A DNA stretch of 40,416 bases from a virus (taxonomy: Duplodnaviria > Caudoviricetes): positions 1 through 40,416 of IMG/VR virus record IMGVR_UViG_3300007512_000086; one strand, given 5' to 3'. A program made the translations under genes and the position numbers. Within the stretch, counting starts at the first letter, position 1. Every line of letters starts with the position of its first letter. The notes under the pieces were generated by a model. That model was not told the origin of the DNA, searched no databases, and worked only from the letters and a program-made list of their open reading frames with translations. Positions 1-9,700 of the stretch are shown here, piece by piece.

Positions 1-119
1 GTCATATACTTAACTTCAACTTCACCTTTTGTCAAGGGATGTCCTTCTGGATAAAAATGTCCTTTTGAAGGCAAAGGTACAATTTCACTTGGAAATTTAG
101 GCTTTTCTTTCTTTGCCAT
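1..119 (-). CDS. Baseplate hub assembly protein, T4 gp26-like (N-terminal part; runs off the window edge)
   Basis: Not in the ORF track. ATG at 119 follows AAGGAG. It translates MAKKEKPKFPSEIVPLPSKGHFYPEGHPLTKGEVEVKYM, and the LPSKG..Y...KYMT pattern is typical of gp26-like proteins. It follows the tail tube gene. Confidence 0.7.
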   Translation of the reverse strand, partial: MAKKEKPKFPSEIVPLPSKGHFYPEGHPLTKGEVEVKYM

Positions 120-215
120 AATTTCTCCTTAATCTATATATTTTGATTCATATAAAACTATTATAAAACTTCTTTTTAATAAGTATCTACTTACAAGTAA
201 AAACCATCAATAAAT

Positions 216-246
216 AAAAAGGGGAAGTCCACCACAAACTTCCCCC
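216..246 (-). terminator. Intrinsic terminator after the tail tube gene
   Basis: GGGGAAGT (221-228) and ACTTCCCC (238-245) form a stem, followed on the minus strand by a U-tract. Confidence 0.8.
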
Positions 247-265
247 TATCCACCAATAAACTATT

Positions 266-754
266 TTAGAATTGTAGTATAGCGTAATCGTAACGTAGAC
301 TCAATGTAATTTCGGCTGGGTCACTCGCAGACCAATCCAAATCATTGAAAGCCGCTGAAACAATGAATGCACCTTTAAGAGTCCATTCTTCTATTTTATC
401 ACCAACTGGCCCTAACATATTGATTGTGATATCCTTTTTATAGAAATCAGAATATCCATCACGTCCAGTTACAGACTCTTTGTGTAGTCTTACCCATTCC
501 ATTACAGCTTGAGCACCACTTGGTACTACAGGGTCATATAAGGTAATTTCAATTGGCTCCCACGAACCTTTACCTTTAACATATCTTTTTACATTTATAT
601 GATTAAGTTCAACTTCTTCAAACGTTATACTTGGTCTGTTTGCAGTTTTAATCAAATAAGATGGTATACCTTCAACATATAATATATAACGGTTCTTCGT
701 TTTCGGTTCAAACGGAGTGAACATTATTTCTGAAGGGTCGAGTAATTCAGCCAT
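266..754 (-). CDS. Tail tube protein, T4 gp19-like
   Basis: 162 aa with FEPK..NR, W.PI.ITLYDP and 'EWTLKGAF...F.DLDW...L.YDYA'; lies directly after the sheath gene; GGAG SD. Confidence 0.9.
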   Translation of the reverse strand: MAELLDPSEIMFTPFEPKTKNRYILYVEGIPSYLIKTANRPSITFEEVELNHINVKRYVKGKGSWEPIEITLYDPVVPSGAQAVMEWVRLHKESVTGRDGYSDFYKKDITINMLGPVGDKIEEWTLKGAFIVSAAFNDLDWSASDPAEITLSLRYDYAILQF

Positions 755-793
755 TTTCTTATCTCCAAATTATTAATTAATTTTTTACTTATA

Positions 794-801
794 TATAAAT
801 A
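794..801 (-). promoter_or_regulatory. Putative late promoter motif (coding strand TATTTATA) upstream of the tail tube gene; variant copy at 848-855
   Basis: Same intergenic 8-mer that precedes many genes in this window. Confidence 0.65.
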
Positions 802-865
802 TCACTAATTCATAAAAGTGATTAACCTATATCTCTATAATATCAATAATAAATATCACACAAAC

Positions 866-891
866 AAAAAACCCACCGATAGGTGGGTTTT
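866..891 (-). terminator. Intrinsic terminator after the tail sheath gene
   Basis: AAAACCCACC-gata-GGTGGGTTTT perfect hairpin with A/T tracts on both sides. Confidence 0.85.
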
Positions 892-913
892 AAGTTTAAA
901 CTGACACGTTTAA

Positions 914-3295
914 TTACTCTGGAAATGTAGCTCCTGTTGGGAGTACAACGAAATCCAGAACAATAAATTCTGCAGTCCTCGTAGGTTGAATATAGATTTG
1001 TCCAACAAGACGATTTCTATCAACGACATCTGATGTGTTGTTAGTTTCGTCCATGACAACTCTAAATGCACTCAAACCACTATTAGCTTGTACTGAATCT
1101 AAGAACGGATTGACAATATTCAAGAAACGATTCCTTGTTCCAGCAGTATTCTGTTCGAACAATAGGTATCTTGAAGATGAAGCAATAAATTTCTTCAATC
1201 TAATTAACAATCTACGTACATTGACTCTATCCAATGCGGATGGTTTAGCTTGTAGTGTTTTCTGACCCCATACACAAACACCTTGACCTGGGAATGAAGC
1301 AATAGGATTAACCCTATCTTCATAAAGGTCGTCACGTTCTGCATGAGTTAGTCTGGTTTCAGCTTCGAGAACGGAAGTTAATCCACCTCTATTCAAACCA
1401 GCAGGTGCGAACCATTCGTGAGCTACTTGGTCGGTATATGCAATAACACCAGGTAGAACAACCGAAGGCGGAACCCATACTGGTAACGAAGTACCAGAAT
1501 CTACAATCTTAACCCAAGGATAATATACAGCTGCATAGTTAGTATCTAATGCAGATATACGATTTGTTATAGTAGAGATACTCTCACCATGTATGGAAGC
1601 ATCCATTACATAAAAAGCATCACCACGTTCTTCACACATATTCATAGCTCTTGAAGTAACTTTACTATGTAGACCATGTACAAGACCTGGTGTTACAAGT
1701 AAGTTAATATCGAACTCATCTGGGTTACTTACAGCATTAACAGCTTTCTTGTAAACTGTAGTTCCCATTGATGTAGCTGAAGAACAATCGAATCCCATAA
1801 CATTAGCTGAAGTAATATTAGCTCCAGTCTTTTTCAATGTAGCTGGATTCATTCCATCAAATCCGCCTTGAAAAGGTAGTGCAAATTTACGTTGACTAAT
1901 ATGTGAACCAGTCAATGTAATTTTAGCAGAACCAGTAGCATATCCATTAGCAAGTGAAGCAGAATTATGACCACTCATATTCTCCAAGGACATCGTAGCG
2001 TTATTACCAGTTCCAGCACCTGTTGGTACTGGTGCTAAGTAAGAAACGTTATCGTGAGCTTTAACATTATTGTTATATGTGTAATAATAGTTAAAGTCAA
2101 ATCCATAAGGAATAGTTGTATCAAATTCTTCAGTTTCACTTGTTTGTGATGTTACCAATTTAGCCGCGTCAACAATAGTAGTACCAGGTACTGTATTTGA
2201 TAACGCTGAGTGGCCCATTGGAACAACAGTCTTAGGTGCAAACTCAAGGTCTGAATAATCACTAATGTAGATATGGTTAGACATATTTGGCCAATCACCA
2301 TTGTAGGTAAGTTTACCATTTGTGTCTATTGTTACATATCTATCACCAATTACTCTTGGTAGGTAGTTAGTACTTGACTTATCAAAATTCAAGTTATGCC
2401 ATGATTCAAGTAATGAACCATCATCTACTTTATGTACTGCAAGTGAAAATGAACCATAATCTGAACCAGCAATACTACCAGCCGCTTTCACATTAGAAAT
2501 AACAACATAATTGTCATCATTTACATTAGAACCATGTGAACGAGTATTAACTTTAAATAGATTAAATCTAGCACTATTAATCATCTGTGATTGAACAGTA
2601 GGTGTCGAAGCATTACTATAGTTTGTACTTGAAAAATCTAAAGTAGCTACAGACGCAGAAATGTGTTCTGTACCTGCCCATGCAACAGTTGATTGTGCAT
2701 TTTTAAAGTTTTTATATAAGTAAACTGGAACGGAAGTACCACCAGCACCCGTAGAAGTTTGTGCATCATAGCTAAATAAATTCTCTATGTAATTAGCACT
2801 ACTTGTATTAAACGATACATTTACAGAATACGCAGAAACATCACTACCAGAAATTGATAGTGCTGAATCAGTTGTATTTATATCTCCACCAGTTATTGTT
2901 GTACCTGATAAATCACCTGTACCACTAACACCACCAGCGGATGGTGCGAGATAAGCAAGTGAATGTGAGACACCAGTAGCGGCGTCAGCACCAGATACGG
3001 CATATAAATGTATTACATCATTTGAATATCCGTCTTCTCCGAGAACTCTAACGATAGTAACCGTACCAGCACTCCGTAGATATTGTTCTACGGTATAAGG
3101 TGTATAAAAATCTTTCGTGACATCACCAAAAATATCCACAAACTCATTGAAATTTCGAACAATAGTCGGAACAAAAGCAGGCCCCTTAACGGTTGGCCCA
3201 ATAATTGCCGCTCCTATTTCACCAATAGCTTGTGGAAGAAATGAAAGGTCTTTTTCACGAGTAAATACACCAGGACTGACGATTCTCTCTGCCAT
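914..3295 (-). CDS. Contractile tail sheath protein, T4 gp18-like
   Basis: N-terminal SPGVFTREKD; C-terminal WFAPAGLNRG, 'WGQKTL...SALDRVNVRRL' and 'IYIQPTRTAEFI'; AGGAG SD. Confidence 0.97.
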   Translation of the reverse strand: MAERIVSPGVFTREKDLSFLPQAIGEIGAAIIGPTVKGPAFVPTIVRNFNEFVDIFGDVTKDFYTPYTVEQYLRSAGTVTIVRVLGEDGYSNDVIHLYAVSGADAATGVSHSLAYLAPSAGGVSGTGDLSGTTITGGDINTTDSALSISGSDVSAYSVNVSFNTSSANYIENLFSYDAQTSTGAGGTSVPVYLYKNFKNAQSTVAWAGTEHISASVATLDFSSTNYSNASTPTVQSQMINSARFNLFKVNTRSHGSNVNDDNYVVISNVKAAGSIAGSDYGSFSLAVHKVDDGSLLESWHNLNFDKSSTNYLPRVIGDRYVTIDTNGKLTYNGDWPNMSNHIYISDYSDLEFAPKTVVPMGHSALSNTVPGTTIVDAAKLVTSQTSETEEFDTTIPYGFDFNYYYTYNNNVKAHDNVSYLAPVPTGAGTGNNATMSLENMSGHNSASLANGYATGSAKITLTGSHISQRKFALPFQGGFDGMNPATLKKTGANITSANVMGFDCSSATSMGTTVYKKAVNAVSNPDEFDINLLVTPGLVHGLHSKVTSRAMNMCEERGDAFYVMDASIHGESISTITNRISALDTNYAAVYYPWVKIVDSGTSLPVWVPPSVVLPGVIAYTDQVAHEWFAPAGLNRGGLTSVLEAETRLTHAERDDLYEDRVNPIASFPGQGVCVWGQKTLQAKPSALDRVNVRRLLIRLKKFIASSSRYLLFEQNTAGTRNRFLNIVNPFLDSVQANSGLSAFRVVMDETNNTSDVVDRNRLVGQIYIQPTRTAEFIVLDFVVLPTGATFPE

Positions 3296-3355
3296 TATAT
3301 TTCTCCTAATTAATTAGTTTTAATTTTACGCATGCGAATATATAACATATTCCTA

Positions 3356-3363
3356 TATAAATA
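3356..3363 (-). promoter_or_regulatory. Putative late promoter motif upstream of the sheath gene
   Basis: TATAAATA on + strand (TATTTATA on coding strand), intergenic. Confidence 0.65.
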
Positions 3364-3391
3364 GTCTGCTTAAATCTGAAACGATTGTTAG

Positions 3392-3694
3392 TTACTTAAT
3401 TGGTTCGGTTGGTTTATCTTGTTCTACGGGTGTAAATTTACCAGTAGTTGGGTCTAATGAACCAGGCCCATACTTTTTATTAAGTTGGTCAACAAGATTT
3501 TTTTCAGTTGCTTGAATATTAACATAATCAACTTCCATTTGAGTTTGTCTATCATCTAAAGTTTTCAATTGTTGTTCTAATAGAATCTTTTGAACTTTTA
3601 ATTGTCCAAACTCAATAGTCTTATTTTGATATGCTTGTTGTAACTCTTGTAATTGTTTCATTTCCTCTGCAGAAAATTGTATCGTGTCTGCCAT
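3392..3694 (-). CDS. Small coiled-coil protein, possibly a fibre assembly chaperone
   Basis: 100 aa, Gln/Leu-rich heptads ending 'KYGPGSLD..TGKF'; AAGGAG SD and its own promoter motif at 3728-3735. The function is a guess from position. Confidence 0.75.
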   Translation of the reverse strand: MADTIQFSAEEMKQLQELQQAYQNKTIEFGQLKVQKILLEQQLKTLDDRQTQMEVDYVNIQATEKNLVDQLNKKYGPGSLDPTTGKFTPVEQDKPTEPIK

Positions 3695-3727
3695 TTATAT
3701 TCTCCTTATAACATTTAGATAACTAAA

Positions 3728-3735
3728 TATAAATA
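3728..3735 (-). promoter_or_regulatory. Putative late promoter motif
   Basis: GATATTTATA on the coding strand, intergenic. Confidence 0.65.
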
Positions 3736-3757
3736 TCTTATATAACTCCTAAACGAG

Positions 3758-6700
3758 TTATTTATTTTCTAATTCTGTTACTCTTTCTTCTAATTCTTTA
3801 ACAGCGTTAACTAATATCGGTATAACTTGTGATAAATTAAGACCTAAGAAACCTTCTCTATCAGTAAAAGTTATACCATGAGCATCTGAAGAAGTAACTT
3901 CTTGAGCGATAAATCCATAGTATGTTTTAGTATCAAGTGCATTATTTCTTGCATTACCTTCATCTGGTGTTTTCCATTTATATGTAACACCACGTAATCC
4001 TTTAATAGTATCAAGTGATTGTGATATTTCGAAAATATCTTTCTTTAGTCTTTCATCAGAAGAATGTAATTGTAATTTACCATTTTTATCCGCACCAACA
4101 TCAATAGCAGCACCAGTAGATAATGTACTAACATATACACCAAGTGTAGCACTCATACTAATTTGTTGATTAGTATCATTTACTTCTATATGTGTACCAT
4201 TACCATATCCTACCCAATCGTCATCACCAATGAATATAGTTCCCTCAGATTGTAATCTTGCGACCTCGTTAACATCATCAACAGATAAATAAGTACCAAG
4301 TGAGAATCCCTTTGCATCACCGATACTACCAACACCAACTGTAGATAATTCTATATTACCAACTGTATCAGACATACTAATGTATGTACTATTACCACTT
4401 CTTGCAAAATCACCAATTCTAAGTCCAGCCGAAGTGTCATAAGTAAATGTAGCTTCAGCTGTACCAGTTCCATCTCCATCCGAAGTTATAACTCTATTAT
4501 TAGCATCTGTAGCTAATGATATTACACCACTTGAACCACTACTTCCACTTGTTCCACCTGCACCAGTTGAACCTGTGTTACCTTGGTCTCCTTGAGCACC
4601 AACATCACCTTGGTTACCTTGGTTACCTTGGTATCCTTGGTCTCCTTGGTCACCTTGGTCTCCTTGATGTCCTTGGTCTCCTTGATGTCCTTGGTCTCCT
4701 TGGTCTCCTTTGGCACCAGTTGAACCTGAAGAACCACTTGTTCCACTTACAGTTGTACCACTTGAACCACTACTTCCACTTGAACCACTTGTTCCAGAAG
4801 TTCCACTACTTCCACTTGAACCAGATGAACCTGAAGAACCACTTGTTCCAGAAGAACCACTACTTCCACTTGAACCACTTGTTCCAGAAGAACCACTACT
4901 TCCACTTGAACCACTTGAACCTGAACTTCCACTCGAACCACTTGAACCACTACTTCCACTTGTTCCACCTGCACCAGTAGCACCTATGTCTCCTTGGTCT
5001 CCTTTGGCACCAACATCACCTTGGTTACCTTGGTTACCTTGGTATCCTTGGTCTCCTTGGTCACCTTGGTCACCTTGATAGCCTTGGTCTCCTTGATGTC
5101 CTTGGTATCCTTGGTCTCCTTGAGCACCAGATGAACCTGAAGAACCACTTGTTCCACTATTTCCACTTGAACCAGAACTTCCACTTGTTCCACTTACAGT
5201 TGTACCACTTGAACCACTTGAACCACTTGAACCTGAAGAACCACTACTTCCACTTGTTCCACTTACGGTTACACCACTTGAACCACTTGAACCAGAACTA
5301 CCAGAAGAACCAGAACTTCCACTTGTTCCACTATTTCCACTTGAACCAGATGAACCAGAACTACCAGAAGAACCTGAAGAACCACTACTTCCACTTGTTC
5401 CACTTGCACCAGTAGCACCTGTGTCTCCTTGGTCTCCTTTGGCACCAGTTGAACCAGTAGAACCTGTGTTACCTTGGTCACCTTGATAGCCTTGGTCTCC
5501 TTGATGTCCTTGGTCTCCTTGAGCACCAGTAGCACCAACATCGCCTTGGTCTCCTTGAGCACCAGTAGCACCAGTATCTCCGTCTACACCACTTGAACCA
5601 CTACTTCCACTTGTTCCACTTGAACCACTCGTTCCACTACTTCCACTTGAACCAGATGAACCTGAAGAACCACTTGTTCCATCCGTTCCACTTGAACCAC
5701 TCGTACCTGAGCTTCCACTTGAACCACTTGAACCACTTGTTCCATCAGTTCCAGAACTTCCACTTGTACCACTTGAACCAGAACTTCCACTTGAACCACT
5801 TGAACCAGATGAACCTGAAGAACCACTTGTTCCAGAACTTCCACTTGAACCACTTGTTCCAGAACTTCCACTTGTACCACTTGAACCTGAACTTCCACTC
5901 GAACCACTTGAACCACTTGTTCCATCAGTTCCACTTGAACCTGAAGAACCAGAAGAACCAGAAGAACCACTTGTTCCATCAGTTCCACTTGAACCACTCG
6001 TACCTGAGCTTCCACTTGTACCAGAAGAACCAGAAGAACCACTGCTTCCACTTGTTCCATCTGTACCAGAAGAACCACTTGTTCCACTTGAACCAGAAGA
6101 ACCAGAAGAACCACTGCTTCCACTACTTCCACTTGTTCCATCAGTACCTGACGTTCCAGAATCACCTTTATCACCAGTTCTAGCAAAAGTAATTACAACG
6201 TCCTCTCCTCCGCTAAATGGATTAGAAGCTGATGAATCTACAGGACTTACTGTAACATCAAAGTAACCAGTAAGGTCTGATAAACTTGAAATTGTCCACA
6301 ATATAAATTGAGAAGTATCAGTTTTATTTGAAATCTTTACATGACCTTTTATAGTAGATGTTGAATCATCAATAGTTTGTAAGTAAGATGATATGTCATT
6401 AGCATTCTCATCAGTATCACAAATGTATATACCCGTAGACGCATTTTGTGTAGCATTATCTAATCTTAAATCACCAGCACCTGGATTTGCGTTTGTAGTA
6501 TTTGATTCAAAGGTATAGTAGAATGAAGCTCCACCGAAATTTCCGTCTACACCACTTGAACCAGATGTTCCACTTGAACCACTTGTTCCACTTGAACCAG
6601 ATGTACCACTTGAACCACTTGAACCAGAAGAACCACTTGAACCACTACTTCCACTTGAACCTGATGAACCAGAAGTTCCACTTGAACCAGATGTACCACT

Positions 6701-9700
6701 TGAACCACTTGAACCAGAACTTCCACTTGTTCCATCAGTACCACTCGAACCACTACTTCCACTTGAACCACTTGAACCAGAAGAACCACTTGTTCCGTCT
6801 GTACCACTTGAACCAGAAGAACCACTTGAACCACTGGAACCAGAACTTCCACTTGTGCCACTTACACCAGATGAACCAGAACTTCCAGAAGAACCACTTG
6901 AACCACTTGTTCCATCAGTTCCAGATGTACCATCCGTTCCACTTGAACCACTGGAACCAGAACTTCCACTTGTTCCACTTGTACCAGAAGAACCAGAACT
7001 TCCAGAAGAACCACTACTTCCACTTGTTCCGTCTGTACCACTTGTTCCACTTGAACCAGAACTACCAGAAGAACCACTTGTTCCGTCTACACCAGAAGTT
7101 CCATCAGTTCCACTTGAACCACTTGTTCCAGAAGAACCACTTGAACCACTTGTTCCAGAAGAACCAGAAGAACCACTTGTTCCATCTACACCACTTGTTC
7201 CGTCTGTACCAGAACTTCCAGAAGAACCACTTGAACCACTTGTTCCGTCTGTACCACTTGTTCCACTTGAACCACTTGAACCAGAACTTCCACTTGTTCC
7301 ATCAGTACCACTCGAACCACTTGTTCCAGAAGAACCACTACTTCCACTTGAACCAGATGTACCACTCGAACCACTTGTTCCAGCAACACCTGGAGCTCCT
7401 TCTAAATTTATTTCCCACGAAGTATATGTACCACTACCAGTATGAGATGTAGAATCAACACTAAAACTTCCATTACCACTATTATACGCCGTTACTTCAC
7501 CAACAAATTTATTACTATTATCATACGCTATCAGTGCAGATTGACCAGTAGTCCATGATAATCCAGTACCAATTGTTATTGTTACCGAAGTTGGATGTGA
7601 TGTTGGTATTGTAGTACTCGTAGAAGACGTTGTAGAGAATTTATCAGATACACCACTTGTTCCGTCTGTACCAGAACTTCCAGAAGAACCACTTGAACCA
7701 GATGAACCAGATGAACCACTTGTTCCATCCGTTCCACTTGAACCACTTGTTCCAGAAGAACCACTACTTCCACTTGAACCACTTGAACCAGATGAACCAG
7801 AAGTTCCACTACTTCCACTTGAACCACTTGTTCCATCAGTTCCAGATGTACCATCTGTACCAGAAGTTCCATCAGTACCACTTGACCCAGAAGAACCACT
7901 TGTTCCATCAGTACCACTTGTTCCACTCGAACCACTTGACCCAGAAGAACCACTTGTTCCATCAGTACCACTTGTTCCACTTGAACCAGAAGAACCACTG
8001 CTTCCACTTGTACCATCAGTTCCACTTGAACCAGAACTACCAGAAGAACCTGACGAACCACTTGTTCCATCTTCTCCTTTATCACCAGTTCTAGCGAAAG
8101 TTACGAGTATATCATCTCCATCTGCAAAAGGTGTAGCTTCATTCGAATCCACAACAGATATTGTAATATCAAAATAACCAGTTTCTTCTGATAAAGATGA
8201 TATTGTAGCTAATATAAATTTACTTGTATCAAATTTTTTCGATATTTTTACATGACCTTTTATAGTACTTGTGGAATCATCTATTGTACGTAGATAACTT
8301 TGAATATCCGTACCATCTATATCATTATCATCTATATAGATTCCTGTAGCACTATTTTGTGTAGCATTATCTAATCTTAACTTACCGCTACCAGGGTCGG
8401 AATTAGTTGTAGTAGTACTAAAGTCATATAGAAAACTTGCTCCACCAAAGTTTCCATCTTGTCCACTTGAACCAGAAGAACCACTTGAACCTGACGAACC
8501 ACTACTTCCACTTGTTCCATCAGTTCCACTTGAACCAGAAGAACCACTTGACCCAGATGAACCAGAAGAGCCACTTGTTCCGTCTGTACCACTTGTTCCA
8601 TCAGTACCACTTGTTCCACTTGAACCACTTGAACCAGAAGAACCACTTGTTCCGTCTGTACCACTCGAACCAGATGTTCCGCTCGAACCACTTGAACCTG
8701 ACGAACCAGATGTTCCATCCGTTCCACTCGAACCACTTGTTCCACTTGAACCACTTGAACCAGAAGAACCACTTGTACCACTGGAACCAGAAGAACCACT
8801 TGTTCCACTTGTTCCGTCTGTTCCACTACTTCCACTTGAACCTGACGAACCACTACTTCCACTTGTTCCATCAGTTCCAGATGTACCATCTGTACCAGAA
8901 GAACCACTACTTCCACTTGAACCACTTGAACCACTCGTTCCATCAGTTCCAGAACTTCCACTTGAACCACTTGTTCCATCAGTTCCAGATGTACCATCTG
9001 TACCACTTGAACCTGAAGAACCACTACTTCCACTTGTTCCATCAGTTCCAGATGTTCCACTACTTCCACTTGAACCACTTGAACCACTCGTTCCATCAGT
9101 TCCAGAACTTCCACTTGAACCACTTGTTCCGTCTGTACCACTTGAACCAGAAGAACCAGAACTTCCACTTGTTCCTGCAGGCCCCTCAACACCACCAAGA
9201 TTAAATTCCCACGATGCATATGTACCACTACCAGTATTAGATGTAGAAGCTAATTCTATTACACCTGTACCACTATTATATGAATTTACTGTACCTTGAA
9301 ATTTGTTACTATTATCTTTTGCTACAAGAGCTGTTTGACCAATCGTCCATTGTAGACCAGTTCCTATAGTTAATGTGACTGTAGTTGGGTGTGATGTTGG
9401 TATAGCCGTACTTGTTGAAGATGTAGTTTCGTACGCATCACCAGTTAATCCACTTGAACCACTTGAACCACTGCTTCCACTTGAACCTGACGAACCACTG
9501 CTTCCACTTGTACCATCTGTTCCACTTGTTCCGTCTGTTCCACTTGTTCCATCTGTTCCAGAACTTCCACTTGAGCCACTTGAACCACTTGTGCCACTTG
9601 AACCAGAAGAACCAGATGTACCATCAGTTCCACTTGTTCCATCAGTTCCACTTGTTCCATCAGTTCCACTCGAACCACTTGACCCAGAAGAACCACTTGT

